A DNA stretch of 64,000 bases from Candidatus Spongiisociaceae bacterium (GCA_965213975.1 OZ243930.1:756321-820320); one strand, 5' to 3'; numbered from the stretch's first letter, positions 1 through 10,173 are shown. Notes: generated from the letters alone by a model not told the origin. Made by a program: numbers and translations.

Positions 1-1084
1 CGGCCAGATTCTCGGCCATCGTCCGACCGGTCACCGTGAGACAATCCCCGTCCACCACGCCGTGGGCTAAGAGCATCCGCAGCACGGCCGGGGTCCCTCC
101 CACCTCGTGCAGGTCCTCCATCACGAAGCGGCCGGAAGGCTTCAAGTCCCCGATGTAGGGGATGCGGGCGCTGGTCCGTTGGAAGTCCTCGAGGTCCAGA
201 TCCACCTCGGCTGAATGGGCCATCGCTAGCAGGTGGAGCACCGCGTTGGTCGAACCGCCCAGCGCCATCGTTATCACCATGGCGTTCTCGAACGCTGTCC
301 GGGTCATGATGTCCCGAGGGCGGATGTCTTCCTCCATGAGACGACGGATGGCGTGACCCGCCTCTCGACACTCGGTCCTCTTGCGGGCGTCGGTAGCGGG
401 AGTAGACGAGCTGTAGGGGAGGCTCATGCCCATCGCCTCGATCGCCGTAGCCATGGTGTTAGCGGTGTACATTCCCCCGCATGCGCCCGCGCCAGGACAG
501 GCGTTACGGACCACATCGAGGCGGTCCTCCTCGCTGAGCCGCCCGGCGATGGTCTCCCCGTAGGACTGGAAGGCCGAAACGATATCGATGGGTTGTCCAG
601 CCCGGTTGCGGCCGGCGCGGATGGTCCCCCCGTAGATCATCAGAGCCGGGCGGTTCATCCGGGCCATGGCCATCACCGCGCCGGGCATGTTCTTGTCGCA
701 TCCCGGTATCGAGATGTTGGCGTCGTACCACTGGGCGCTCATGACCGTCTCGATGGAATCTGCAATAAGGTCGCGCGACTGGAGGGAGAACGACATTCCC
801 TCGGTTCCCATTGACATACCGTCGGAGACACCGATCGTGTTGAATCTCATCCCCACCAAGCCAGCGTCTATGACACCTTCTCGGACCTCGGCGGCGAGGT
901 CGTTCAGGTGCATGTTGCAGCTGTTCCCCTCGTACCACATAGAGGCGATCCCCACCTGTGCCTTCGACATGTCCTCCGCGTCGAGGCCCGCGGCGTAGAG
1001 CATCGCCTGCGAGCCTCCCTGGGCGCGCTCCTGAGTAATTCTTCTGCTGATGCGATTGATGACTGGTTCCATGGGCCGCATCAT
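1..1084 (-). CDS. ilvD: Dihydroxy-acid dehydratase, N-terminal part. The 3-prime end lies beyond the window start.
   Basis: Open on the minus strand from about 1084 to position 1 with no stop, so it is absent from the ORF track. The translation reads [34 protein letters not shown]...[17 protein letters not shown]...[15 protein letters not shown], typical of the IlvD/EDD family including the Cys cluster. Start is either ATG 1084 or ATG 1072. No clear RBS. Confidence 0.85.
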   Translation of the reverse strand, partial: MMRPMEPVINRISRRITQERAQGGSQAMLYAAGLDAEDMSKAQVGIASMWYEGNSCNMHLNDLAAEVREGVIDAGLVGMRFNTIGVSDGMSMGTEGMSFSLQSRDLIADSIETVMSAQWYDANISIPGCDKNMPGAVMAMARMNRPALMIYGGTIRAGRNRAGQPIDIVSAFQSYGETIAGRLSEEDRLDVVRNACPGAGACGGMYTANTMATAIEAMGMSLPYSSSTPATDARKRTECREAGHAIRRLMEEDIRPRDIMTRTAFENAMVITMALGGSTNAVLHLLAMAHSAEVDLDLEDFQRTSARIPYIGDLKPSGRFVMEDLHEVGGTPAVLRMLLAHGVVDGDCLTVTGRTMAENLA

Positions 1085-1202
1085 AGAAGGAGGAGTGGGT
1101 ACTGCCCCTGACGGTTAGCCTTGCCGCCATGTATCGACGACCCAACCTGGAGCGCTCGGCATCGACGAGAGGGCTTGGTAGACCGGTCTGGTTGAGACCC
1201 TG

Positions 1203-1991
1203 ATGCTGATCGTCAGCGACGTCCACGCCGCCTTCCCCGAGTTGCGCAAGGTTGCGGCATCAGGCGAACCGCTGCTGGTGCTCGGGGACCTCCTCAACTT
1301 CGTGGACTACCGGACCGGTGAAGGGATCGCCTCCAGCCTGTACGGGAAGGACCATGCCGACCGCTTCACTAGGAACCGTAAGGCGGGTAACTGGGCGGCC
1401 AACCGGCGGCTGTGGCGAGAGGCCAACCGGGGGAGAGAGGCGGAGATGGCCCGGTCGGTTGAGGCGGCGGTGCGCCACCAATACCGAATGGCGAGGGAGG
1501 CGATGGCTGGCGCTGAGGCCGTCTACCTAATCCCCGGCAACGTGGACTGGCCGCAGGAGATGGCCGAGGTGCTGGCCGACACTGTCGATCTCGTGGACGG
1601 CGAGGTGGTGGAGATCGAGGGCTACCGGGTGGGGTTTGCCGGGGGAGGCGTCCCGACCCCGGCTGCCGCTAGGGGAGAGATCACCCATCGGGCCATGGCC
1701 GAGAAGCTGGCCGGGCTTGGCCCGGTGGATATTCTCTGCACCCACGTGGCCCCCTCTGTGTCACCGCTGCACCGAGATGTGGTAACCGGACGGCCGGAGA
1801 GGTCCTCGTTGGCGGTGCTTGAGTTTCTCGAGACCAACCAACCCGACTACCACTACTTCGGGGATATCCACCAGCCTCAGGCCCAGGTATGGCGGGTGGG
1901 GAAGACGAAGTGTCGAAACGTGGGCTACTTCCGGGCCACCGCCCGGGCGGTCTACCACGCTCAATCATCACCTCCCCGGTGTAGAGCCTGA
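1203..1991 (+). CDS. Calcineurin-like metallophosphoesterase
   Basis: Motifs LIVSDVH, GNVDWP and GDIHQP. Its stop lies 2 nt before the helicase start, indicating an operon. A start further upstream is possible. Confidence 0.7.
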   Translation: MLIVSDVHAAFPELRKVAASGEPLLVLGDLLNFVDYRTGEGIASSLYGKDHADRFTRNRKAGNWAANRRLWREANRGREAEMARSVEAAVRHQYRMAREAMAGAEAVYLIPGNVDWPQEMAEVLADTVDLVDGEVVEIEGYRVGFAGGGVPTPAAARGEITHRAMAEKLAGLGPVDILCTHVAPSVSPLHRDVVTGRPERSSLAVLEFLETNQPDYHYFGDIHQPQAQVWRVGKTKCRNVGYFRATARAVYHAQSSPPRCRA

Positions 1992-1993
1992 GC

Positions 1994-4588
1994 ATGGCCT
2001 TCCCTGGACCTTCCCGGCTCGGCCGCGGTGCGGTCGTTAACCGGGGCGATGCTGACCCGCTCGGTGCCGAGGAACGGTTCTTGGTCGATGGTGATCTGCT
2101 CTCATCCGACACCCGTATGGCCGAGGTGGTGGACCGGATGCACCGCGCTTGGCAGGACCGTCGTCCGATGCTTGTCGAGTTGGATGTCGAACCCGACGAG
2201 CTTCGTCAGCCGACGGTGGAGGAGCGTCCCCTCTGGACGCTGGGTGCCGATTATTCCCTGTTGAGGGAACGGCTCCACTTTCTGACCTGGGCCAACAACT
2301 GGGACTGTCGGGACGGGACCCCCGTCTGGTGGTGGGGCACCAAGGCGACCGCTCTCGGGGCGGTTCCGGGGGGTGAGGCCGACATTGTCACGGCGAGCGG
2401 GGCCAGTCGATGGGTTGACGGCGGCCCTCGGGGTCTCTTGGATCAGGACGTCGTATCCGCCGAGTCGGTGGAAGCTGGCCCGCGACGCGCCTCCGGTCAC
2501 CAGGTATACGAGCCCGACCTACCCCTGGATCCGGCGCAGCGCGCCGCGATGGAGCACGCCGGTGGCCCGGCTCGGATCATCGCCACTGCTGGGTCGGGCA
2601 AGACCCGTACCCTCCTAGCTCGTATCCGCTACCTCGTGGACCAGGTGGGGGTAGAACCGAGATTGATCACCGCCGTGGCCTACAACCGCCGGGCCGCTGA
2701 CGAGATGAGAGAACGACTCGGTCGCGCGGACCTCCACATCCGCACCATTCATTCCCTTGGTTGGGCCATTATTCGCGAGGCCTTGGGCGACCCGATCCTC
2801 ATGGAGGAGCCGGACGTACGGCGGGAACTGGCCAGGCTGGTACCAACGAGGGGCACCCTGAACAAAGATTTGATTGGTTCCTTTATTGAGGGGTTGTCGG
2901 ACGCGCGACTCGCGCTGGCCGACCCCGATGAAGTGGGTGCCGAGAGGAGCGACCTGCTCGGGTTCTCCCAGGTATTCAGGCGTTACCGATATCGGGCGGC
3001 ACAACGTGACCTAGTTGACCACGACGAACAGGTCTACCGGGCTGCCGAGCTGCTGCTTGCCGATCCCGATCTCCGGGCTCGTTGGCAGGGCCGGTGCCGC
3101 CACCTCCTAGTAGACGAGTTCCAGGATCTCACCCCGGCGTATCTGTTATTACTGCGAATCCTGGCTTCCCCCCGGCTCAACGTCTTCGGGGTCGGCGACG
3201 ATGACCAGACCATCTACGGATACGCCGGGGCCGATCCGAAGTTTCTGGTGGACTTCGACGGGTTCTTCCCCGGCGCGGCCGACTACGCACTGGACACCAA
3301 CTACCGGTCACCGGCCCGGGTGGTACGAGCCGGTGGTCGCCTGGTGGGACACAACCGGGTGAGGGTGGCCAAGAACCTCACCCCCGCGCCCGGCGCGGTC
3401 GATACCCCGGCGGGGTTGAGGGTCCGCCAGCTGCCCGACGCGGAGATCACTAGCGAGACGGTACGACAAGTCCAGAGCTGGCTTGATGCGGGGGTAGCAC
3501 CTAAGGAGATAGCAGTGCTGGCGCGGGTCAACTCCACTCTGCTCCCGGTACTCGTCGGTCTGAGCCACGCCGGGATACCGGTTAGGTCTCGGCTGCATCC
3601 TGGGTTGATGGAGCGTTCGGTGATGCGATCGGCTTTAGCTTGGATTCGGATCGCTCTCGATCCCGTCAGCATGCGGCGATCGGATCTCCTCGAAGCAGTG
3701 CGGCGGCCGTCCCGTGGCCTGAATCAAGTCTCGAGACGCATCCTCGTCTCCCGTCGATACTCTTCCCCGCAGCTGACCAAGTTGGCGGACGGCCTTACTG
3801 AGCGGCAGGCGGAGGCATGGGTCGGTTGGCAGGGCGACTTGGCCGTGGCCGCCCGCCGGGCCGAGACCGGCCAGCCCGGACCGTTGTTGGATTGGATGAT
3901 CAACACCCTGGGCCTCAGCAGGTCCGCCCACCTGCTGGACCGTAACCGCAGCCGCGCGGGCAAACCCGCCCACCGGGACGATCTGGTAGCCCTTCGCCGG
4001 TCTGCATACCTGCTCCACCATCTGCCGACCTTCGAGCAGGAACTCAGAGCGACGATGTCAGCGGGCCGCGGCTCTGTAGGAGGAGTGAGCTTGGCCACCA
4101 TTCACCGGGTCAAGGGTGCCGAATGGGATCGGGTGATCGTCTTCGGGGCGGACCGTGGCTCTATGCCGCATGATCTGGCTACCGACCGCGAGGAGGAACG
4201 GCGAGTTATGTATGTGGCGCTCACCAGAGGGCGGCACCGAGTGACGGTTATGGCCGACGCGGATCGACCGTCACCGTTCCTCGTCGAGATGACAGAAGAT
4301 TCGCAACCTCCCCGACCCCCTGGCGACGCCGAACCCGAGCCTGAATCCCCCGGCTCTGGCGAGAGTGACGACGCGCTGTTTGGCGACCTCAAGGAGTGGC
4401 GTCTGAACCGCTCCAGGAAGCTCGAGTTGCCCGCGTTTATGCTCTTTTCGGACCGAACCCTGCGGGAGATCTCCACACACAAGCCGCGAACTAGCGACGA
4501 TCTGTTGGCAGTAAACGGAGTGGGTCCGGTTAAGTTGGAGCTTTACGGAGAGGAAGTGTTGGAGATCGTCCGTCGGGCCTGTCCCTAG
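1994..4588 (+). CDS. UvrD/Rep-family ATP-dependent DNA helicase with C-terminal HRDC domain (UvrD2-like), carrying a roughly 170-aa N-terminal extension
   Basis: Walker A ATAGSGKTRT, motif II LLVDEFQD, motif III GDDDQTIYGYAGA, motif VI VALTRGRHRV. C-terminal HRDC (LFGDLKEWRLNRSRKLELPAFMLFSDRTLREI...VNGVGPVKLELYGEEVLEIV). The N-terminal roughly 170 aa (WANNWDCRDGTPVWWWGTKA) lie before the canonical LDPAQRAAMEH start of UvrD domain 1A. Confidence 0.85.
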   Translation: MAFPGPSRLGRGAVVNRGDADPLGAEERFLVDGDLLSSDTRMAEVVDRMHRAWQDRRPMLVELDVEPDELRQPTVEERPLWTLGADYSLLRERLHFLTWANNWDCRDGTPVWWWGTKATALGAVPGGEADIVTASGASRWVDGGPRGLLDQDVVSAESVEAGPRRASGHQVYEPDLPLDPAQRAAMEHAGGPARIIATAGSGKTRTLLARIRYLVDQVGVEPRLITAVAYNRRAADEMRERLGRADLHIRTIHSLGWAIIREALGDPILMEEPDVRRELARLVPTRGTLNKDLIGSFIEGLSDARLALADPDEVGAERSDLLGFSQVFRRYRYRAAQRDLVDHDEQVYRAAELLLADPDLRARWQGRCRHLLVDEFQDLTPAYLLLLRILASPRLNVFGVGDDDQTIYGYAGADPKFLVDFDGFFPGAADYALDTNYRSPARVVRAGGRLVGHNRVRVAKNLTPAPGAVDTPAGLRVRQLPDAEITSETVRQVQSWLDAGVAPKEIAVLARVNSTLLPVLVGLSHAGIPVRSRLHPGLMERSVMRSALAWIRIALDPVSMRRSDLLEAVRRPSRGLNQVSRRILVSRRYSSPQLTKLADGLTERQAEAWVGWQGDLAVAARRAETGQPGPLLDWMINTLGLSRSAHLLDRNRSRAGKPAHRDDLVALRRSAYLLHHLPTFEQELRATMSAGRGSVGGVSLATIHRVKGAEWDRVIVFGADRGSMPHDLATDREEERRVMYVALTRGRHRVTVMADADRPSPFLVEMTEDSQPPRPPGDAEPEPESPGSGESDDALFGDLKEWRLNRSRKLELPAFMLFSDRTLREISTHKPRTSDDLLAVNGVGPVKLELYGEEVLEIVRRACP

Positions 4589-4668
4589 GAGGGGCACCAG
4601 TCGCGCCCTCGTCCGGTATAGGGTGGATCACGGATGGCCTTCCTGTAGAGGAGAGATTGAGGTAGAGG

Positions 4669-5103
4669 GTGTCTGAATCGGCATTGTCGGCAATCGAGAT
4701 ACTTGCTACTCCGCGCCGCTGCTTCGAGGTGGTGGCGGATGTGGACTCCTATCCCGAGTGGGCGAGTGGGGTGAGGACGGTGTCCGTGCACGGGAGGGAT
4801 GCGCACGGGAGACCGGAGCGGGTCACGCTGACGGTCGATGCCGTCATCCGGCAGGTGGAGGTGACGGTTCGTTATACCTATGATCCCCCGTACACCATTC
4901 GCTGGACGGGCGAGCCGGGACCCGACATCCTGGAGTTGGACGGTTCATACGAGTTCCGAGCTACGGAACAAGGCACCGAGGTGATCTACATGTTGCGGAT
5001 CTCGCCATCGTTTCAGGTCCCCGGATTCCTGCGCACCTCTGCTGAGAAGCAGCTCATCGGTACCGCGCTACGGGAGCTTCGTCACCGGGTTGAGAACCTC
5101 TAG
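4669..5103 (+). CDS. SRPBCC (polyketide cyclase/dehydrase-like, START fold) family protein
   Basis: 144 aa. GTG start preceded by GGAGAG...GAGG. Sequence pattern of the SRPBCC superfamily (YPEWASGV...). Confidence 0.55.
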   Translation: MSESALSAIEILATPRRCFEVVADVDSYPEWASGVRTVSVHGRDAHGRPERVTLTVDAVIRQVEVTVRYTYDPPYTIRWTGEPGPDILELDGSYEFRATEQGTEVIYMLRISPSFQVPGFLRTSAEKQLIGTALRELRHRVENL

Positions 5104-5140
5104 ATCCCAGCCCGGTGACAAAGGTGGTCTACCCGGCCGC

Positions 5141-5587
5141 CTAGGCAGATTCGATAGCGACAGTCTTGGGGAGCACCTCCGGCTGTTTCCCTACCGTGAC
5201 TTCCAGGATTCCATCCGACAGACGGGCGGACACCGAGTCCCGGTCTGCCGAGTCATCCAGGTTGATGGTCTTGGTGAACTCACCGTCCAGAATCTCCCGA
5301 TGGCGGAAGGTGCTTCCATCCGCCGGGGTGTAGGAGCGGGTGCCCTTCACCGTGAGAACCTTGTCTTCGATAGCGACCTCTAGGTCGGCTAGGGCGTAGC
5401 CCGGTACCGCCATCCGAACTGTGACATCAGCGGAGGACTCCACTACGTCGACGCTGGGTCCGGTCGCCGAGGCTGATACCCGAGACCGGTCTGCCGCCAG
5501 GTGGTCCCATCCGCGGGGAAACCCTCCGAGGAGGGCATCAATCTCGGGGGTGAGCTTGAAGGGTCGGGTTCTTACCAGATGCATCAT
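5141..5587 (-). CDS. Hsp20/alpha-crystallin small heat-shock protein
   Basis: Alpha-crystallin domain (VDVVESSADVTVRMAVPGYALADLEVAIEDKVLTVKGTR...GEFTKTINL). Start trimmed to ATGATG at 5587/5584, which has an AGGAAAGGG RBS. The track ORF extends to 5641. Confidence 0.85.
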   Translation of the reverse strand: MMHLVRTRPFKLTPEIDALLGGFPRGWDHLAADRSRVSASATGPSVDVVESSADVTVRMAVPGYALADLEVAIEDKVLTVKGTRSYTPADGSTFRHREILDGEFTKTINLDDSADRDSVSARLSDGILEVTVGKQPEVLPKTVAIESA

Positions 5588-5789
5588 TTTCCCTTTCCTA
5601 TGGAGGAGGCATTTGATGGTTGTCACTAAATCTAACCCCAATGCACTCAGATTTCTTCCCTACAATTCCTGACATTCATGGCTATTTGGGGATGAGGGGG
5701 GAGTCAGGGCGGGGTTCCGGCGGTTCCTCTCGTGTTTTTCTCTGGTTACGAGCAGAGCGGGGTTGACGAGTTCCCAACACAACTGGGGT

Positions 5790-5806
5790 CCCTACTGGCA
5801 ACTGGC
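5790..5806 (+). repeat. Copy of the conserved intergenic motif CCCTACTGGCAACTGGC, formed by two GGCAACT heptad units
   Basis: Lies 72 nt upstream of the ROK kinase start, in the region divergent from hsp20. Identical 17-mer to the copy at 16516-16532. Confidence 0.6.
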
Positions 5807-5878
5807 CAGCGATCCGGGTAGCGAGCGGAAGCCGTAAGCTAGGTACCCAGTTTCGTTGTCTAATGGAGCAGACGGTCG

Positions 5879-6820
5879 ATGAGCGTTCGGGATGGATTGA
5901 CCATAGGGGTGGATCTTGGGGGGACGAAGATGGCCCTGGCCCAAATCGATGGTCGGGGCAACATCCTCGAGCATGTCACCCTGCCGCGGCCGGCCACGGC
6001 CGCGGAGATGGAGACCCTGCCAGTTGAGGCGAGCCGGAAGCTCATCACCCCGGCGGTCAGGGCTATCGGCGTAGGGGTGGCCGGGCTGGTTGACACCGAT
6101 CGTGGCGTCCTCGTTTGGGGTCCCAACGTAGAAGGGCGCGAGGTCCGCTTCCGGGATATTTTCGAAGAGGAACTGCAGCTTCCGACGGTCGTTGATAACG
6201 ACACCAACGTGGCTGGCCTTGCCGAGGCCAGGGTCGGTGCCGCCCGCGGATATCGCCATGTCTGCATGATCACCTTGGGGACCGGGATCGGCGGGGCTTG
6301 GATCATTGACGGGCGTATCTATCGGGGGCGGGGATTCGCGGGTGAGGTGGGACACATGCCGGTTGATGTCGGCGGCCCTCGCTGCACTTGCGGACAACGC
6401 GGTTGTTGGGAGACGTTTGCCTCGGGGCGGCGGCTTGACCAGATGGCGCGCGACCTGGTGGCATCTCGACCAGGTGGGTTGGTGGCCAAGCTCGCCCGGG
6501 GTGAGTCACCCCGGGGGTGGCACCTCACTCGGGCCGCTACCGAAGGCGATCCTGACGCTCTCGAGAACCTTCAGGAAATGGCTTGGTGGCTGGGGGTGGG
6601 TATAGCTGGGTTGGTGGCGGTCCTCGATCCGGAGATTGTCGTGGTTGGCGGAGGCGTGTCCCATGTGGGTGATCTGTTTCTCGATGCAGCCGCACGGTCG
6701 TTCGGTGCGGCTCTGGAGGGTGCTGACCACCGGGACCCCACTCCCATAGTGTGTGCCGGACTTCAGGAGAACGCCGGAGTCATCGGTGCCGGGCTGGTAG
6801 CGAGGGAGCGACTTCGGTGA
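5879..6820 (+). CDS. ROK-family sugar kinase (glucokinase-like)
   Basis: N-terminal ATPase motif GVDLGGTKM. ROK zinc motif HMPVDVGGPRCTCGQRGCWE. Confidence 0.85.
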   Translation: MSVRDGLTIGVDLGGTKMALAQIDGRGNILEHVTLPRPATAAEMETLPVEASRKLITPAVRAIGVGVAGLVDTDRGVLVWGPNVEGREVRFRDIFEEELQLPTVVDNDTNVAGLAEARVGAARGYRHVCMITLGTGIGGAWIIDGRIYRGRGFAGEVGHMPVDVGGPRCTCGQRGCWETFASGRRLDQMARDLVASRPGGLVAKLARGESPRGWHLTRAATEGDPDALENLQEMAWWLGVGIAGLVAVLDPEIVVVGGGVSHVGDLFLDAAARSFGAALEGADHRDPTPIVCAGLQENAGVIGAGLVARERLR

Positions 6821-7230
6821 ACCACCAAGGCTGGCGACAGGTGCTTTCCGACGAGCGGTTCCGCCTCTTCCTGAGAGAGACAGCTCGGCTGGGTCCCAAT
6901 CTTGCCAAGTTGTTAGCCCGCCTGGCCACCGATCCAAGAGTCTCCTCGCGGGCCAAGTGGTTTGCGGCCGCGGCCGCGGCATACGTCGTGCTCCCCATCG
7001 ATCTGATACCCGACTTCGTCCCTTTAGTAGGCAAGGTAGATGATCTTCTGATAGTTTCGCTGGCGCTTCGCCATGTCATCGAGGAGGCGGGGATGTCGGC
7101 GGTTCTCGAGCACTGGGATGGTCCGGACCGGGTGATCATGGTCATCGCCGACGTGGTCACCGTGGTGTCGGACACCGTCCCTCGTCCCCTTCGCTTGTTG
7201 GTGGGTCGCTATCTGCGGGCCGCCAGCTGA
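6817..7230 (+). CDS. DUF1232 (YkvA-like) membrane protein
   Basis: GTG start overlaps the ROK stop (GTGA). Conserved YVVLPIDLIPDFVPLVGKVDDLLIV motif of DUF1232. Confidence 0.6.
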   Translation: MNHQGWRQVLSDERFRLFLRETARLGPNLAKLLARLATDPRVSSRAKWFAAAAAAYVVLPIDLIPDFVPLVGKVDDLLIVSLALRHVIEEAGMSAVLEHWDGPDRVIMVIADVVTVVSDTVPRPLRLLVGRYLRAAS

Positions 7231-7275
7231 TGCCGACTCTCGGGCCGTCATGTGGGTAAGGACCCGACTGTGGCG

Positions 7276-8205
7276 ATGAGATACGCAGTTCTATTCCCGG
7301 GCCAAGGAAGTCAGGCGGTGGGGATGGGCGCTGACGTCTTCGCCGCTCATCCCGAGCGGCTGGTGGACGTGGCGGACGGGGTTCTCGGTTGGTCCCTGAG
7401 CGATCTGTGCCGGAACGGGCCTATCGAGAAGCTGACCGCAACTCGCTACGCTCAGCCCGCCCTGTTCGCCGTGGCCTACGAGCTGTGGGCTGCGCTGAGG
7501 CACCGGGTCAAGACGCTTCCGGTGGCTGCGGCCGGACACTCGTTAGGCGAGTACACCGCGTTGGCCTCCGCCGGTGCCTTCACCTTCGAGGAAGGTCTTC
7601 GCCTAGTTGATCAGCGGGCGCAGGCCATGGCCGAAGCAGTTGAAAAGGCTGAATCCGGGATGGTGGCGGTCCTGGGTATCAAGGATCAGGCTGCCGAGCG
7701 GATCGCCGCCGATCGCCGGGCTGCTGGGGGTCGTCTTTGGGTGGCCAATCTCAACGCCCCCGGGCAGGTGGTGATGGCCGGGGCCGCCGAGGATGTTGAC
7801 TGGCTCTTGGCCAACGCCCGCACCCTGGGCCTCAGGCGTGCGGTGAGGCTCGAGGTGGCGGGAGCGTTTCACACCCCGATGATGGACTCGGCGCGGGTCC
7901 GTTTCGAGCCCGTACTGAGCCAGGTCGAGATGCGGGCAACTGCCTGGCCCGTCTGGGGAAACGTTACGGCGCGCCCGGTTGAGTCGGTCGACGTCCGCCG
8001 GGTGCTGTCACGCCAGATCACCGCACCGGTCAGGTTCGGGCCGACGCTGAGAGGGATGGCCGACGAAGGCATCAACTCTTTTGTCCATATCGGGCCCGGT
8101 GCGGTCACCGCCGGGTTGGCGAAGAGGGCGGCAAGGGGATGTGTGGTCTATGTGGTGTCCACGCTGGCAGAGGCGGAGACCGTCGCTGCCGCCATCAACG
8201 GTTAG
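7276..8205 (+). CDS. fabD: Malonyl-CoA:ACP transacylase
   Basis: LFPGQGSQ, active-site GHSLGEY, and AFHTPMM. The track ORF begins at 7252. Start is preferred at MRYAVLFPG. Confidence 0.9.
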   Translation: MRYAVLFPGQGSQAVGMGADVFAAHPERLVDVADGVLGWSLSDLCRNGPIEKLTATRYAQPALFAVAYELWAALRHRVKTLPVAAAGHSLGEYTALASAGAFTFEEGLRLVDQRAQAMAEAVEKAESGMVAVLGIKDQAAERIAADRRAAGGRLWVANLNAPGQVVMAGAAEDVDWLLANARTLGLRRAVRLEVAGAFHTPMMDSARVRFEPVLSQVEMRATAWPVWGNVTARPVESVDVRRVLSRQITAPVRFGPTLRGMADEGINSFVHIGPGAVTAGLAKRAARGCVVYVVSTLAEAETVAAAING

Positions 8206-8365
8206 CCCTTGTGTCTCCACCTGAGCGCAGGGGGATGCCCACATCAAGGGTGGCTAGAGTTGCCCCTGCGGGCCTCGGCAGGTCTCCTACCCGTATCGAG
8301 TTGACGAATCCCGCTCGGTGGTAGTTCAGCCACGGTTCGTAAGGAAACGGCGAGGAGAGCGGCGG

Positions 8366-9442
8366 ATGCGGTACGCGGAGATAACCGGCTGGGGTAAGGC
8401 CCTGCCGCCCACCGTCTTGTCCAACGCCGACTTGGAGAAGCTGGTGGACACCAGCGACGACTGGATAACTACCCGCAGCGGTATCAAGGAGCGTCGCATC
8501 TCCCACGTACCGGCCAGTGATCTGGCGGAACTCGCCGCCCGTCGCGCCGTAGCCGCGGCCGGGATCGGGATGGACGACATCGATCTGGTCATCAACGCAA
8601 CTTGTACGCCGGAGTCCATCATTCCCGCCTCCGCCTCCTACGTTCAGGCCAAGCTGGGGGCCAATCGGGCCGGAGCCATGGACTTGAACGCTAATTGTTC
8701 GGGCTTCGTGTACTCCTATGTCACCGCCGATGCCTTGGTCCGGGCCGGGGCGGCGGACACCGTGCTGCTCATCGGCGTGGAGAGGCTCAGCTGGGTTCTT
8801 GACTACACCGACCGGGTTACCTGTATTTTGTTCGGGGATGGGGCAGGTGCGGTGGTTATCCAACCCACTGAGGTACCGGCCGGGGTTCTGGCCTCGGAGT
8901 TAGGAGTTGACGGTAACCGGGCTGATCTCCTGCGGGTGATCGGTGATGGAACGGTGCAGCCGGGTTCCCTAGGTATCCCACCTCGCATCACCATGGAGGG
9001 TGCTGATGTCTTCCGTCTGGCGGTCACCGCCATGTCCGATGCGTCCGAGCGGGTCGTTCGCCAAGCCGGGTGGAAGCTAGATGACATTGACTTGTTAGTG
9101 CCACACCAGGCCAACGAGCGGATCATCGGCGCGACCGCCCGACGGCTCAAGCTTTCACCGGCGCAGGTCTTTCTCAACATTCATGCCTACGGCAACACCA
9201 GCGCGGCCACCATCCCCATCGCGCTCACCGAGGCTATCGAGGTAGGACGGGTTCCTCCCCGGGCGAATCTGGTATTCGCCGCCTTCGGGGGCGGTCTCAC
9301 CTGGGCCGCCGCCGCGGTCCGATTCGGCGAGAGGATAAACCCGGTGGGCGAGGTGGACGACGAGTTCGAGCCTCCCGACCAGTCGGTTTGGGATCTGTTG
9401 TCCGCCAACTTCGAATCGTTCGGCAGGAGCACGCCATCGTGA
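8366..9442 (+). CDS. fabH: 3-oxoacyl-ACP synthase III, with a roughly 35-aa acidic C-terminal tail
   Basis: MRYAEITGWGKALPPTVLSNADLEKLVDTSDDWITTRSGIKERR with active-site Cys (ANCSGF) and the AHQANERI and AYGNTSAA motifs. GGAGAG RBS before ATG 8366. C-terminal extension EVDDEFEPPDQSVWDLLSANFESFGRSTPS. Confidence 0.9.
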   Translation: MRYAEITGWGKALPPTVLSNADLEKLVDTSDDWITTRSGIKERRISHVPASDLAELAARRAVAAAGIGMDDIDLVINATCTPESIIPASASYVQAKLGANRAGAMDLNANCSGFVYSYVTADALVRAGAADTVLLIGVERLSWVLDYTDRVTCILFGDGAGAVVIQPTEVPAGVLASELGVDGNRADLLRVIGDGTVQPGSLGIPPRITMEGADVFRLAVTAMSDASERVVRQAGWKLDDIDLLVPHQANERIIGATARRLKLSPAQVFLNIHAYGNTSAATIPIALTEAIEVGRVPPRANLVFAAFGGGLTWAAAAVRFGERINPVGEVDDEFEPPDQSVWDLLSANFESFGRSTPS

Positions 9443-10173
9443 CCCGGGTGGCGGTGGTGACCGGTGGCTCCAGAGGGATAGGTCGGGCCATCTCCCTCGC
9501 GTTGGCAGAGCGAGGTTGTCAGGTGGTCGTCAACTATCGGTCCAGAACCGAGGAGGCCGACGAGACCGTGGAGATGATCAGGGAGTCCGGGGGGTTGGCC
9601 TTTCCTCTGGGGGCGGATGTGAGCCGCGCCGAGGAAGTTACCCGCTTGTTCTCTGAGGTTGAGGACCGGCTGGGAAGACCGACAGTGCTGGTCAACAACG
9701 CTGGCACCACCGATGACGCCTTGCTGGCTCGTATGGAGGAAGAAACCTGGGATCGCCTGATCCGTATCAACCTTAAGTCCGTGTACCTATGCAGCAAGGC
9801 GGCGCTGAGGGGGATGCTCAGAGCCCGCTGGGGACGGGTGGTCTCGATCGCTTCAGTGGCCGGTCTGGTAGGCAATGCCGGACAAACCAACTATGCCGCT
9901 TCCAAAGCTGGCGTAGTCGCCTTTAGTAAGTCTCTTTCAAGGGAGGTTGGATCCCGCGGGATCACCGTCAACGTGGTCGCTCCCGGCTTCGTCCTCACCG
10001 AGCTCACCTCCCATTTGCCGGAATCCGCCATCGAACGGGTACGCTCTACCACCAGCCTACGTCGACTCGGGAAGCCCGAGGAGATCGCCGCGGCGGTGGC
10101 CTTCTTGGCCTCGCGTGAAGCGTCATATGTAACCGGGCAGGTCTTGGTAGTCGACGGCGGACTTGCCCTCTGA
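9439..10173 (+). CDS. fabG: 3-oxoacyl-ACP reductase (SDR)
   Basis: GTG start overlaps the fabH stop (GTGA). VAVVTGGSRGIG Rossmann motif. Catalytic Y-x3-K (NYAASKAG). NNAG motif. Confidence 0.9.
   Translation: MTRVAVVTGGSRGIGRAISLALAERGCQVVVNYRSRTEEADETVEMIRESGGLAFPLGADVSRAEEVTRLFSEVEDRLGRPTVLVNNAGTTDDALLARMEEETWDRLIRINLKSVYLCSKAALRGMLRARWGRVVSIASVAGLVGNAGQTNYAASKAGVVAFSKSLSREVGSRGITVNVVAPGFVLTELTSHLPESAIERVRSTTSLRRLGKPEEIAAAVAFLASREASYVTGQVLVVDGGLAL

Noticed and set aside
504-1226. 240-aa minus-strand ORF and several plus-strand ORFs (233..814, 666..998) overlapping ilvD
   Set aside because: Arg/Gly/Pro-rich low-complexity translations. These are alternative frames of the ilvD coding region, typical spurious ORFs in high-GC DNA.
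5642-5760. HAIR (HspR) or CIRCE (HrcA) operator upstream of hsp20
   Set aside because: No CTTGAGT-N7-ACTCAAG or TTAGCACTC-N9-GAGTGCTAA match. Only a weak GAGTGC fragment is present.
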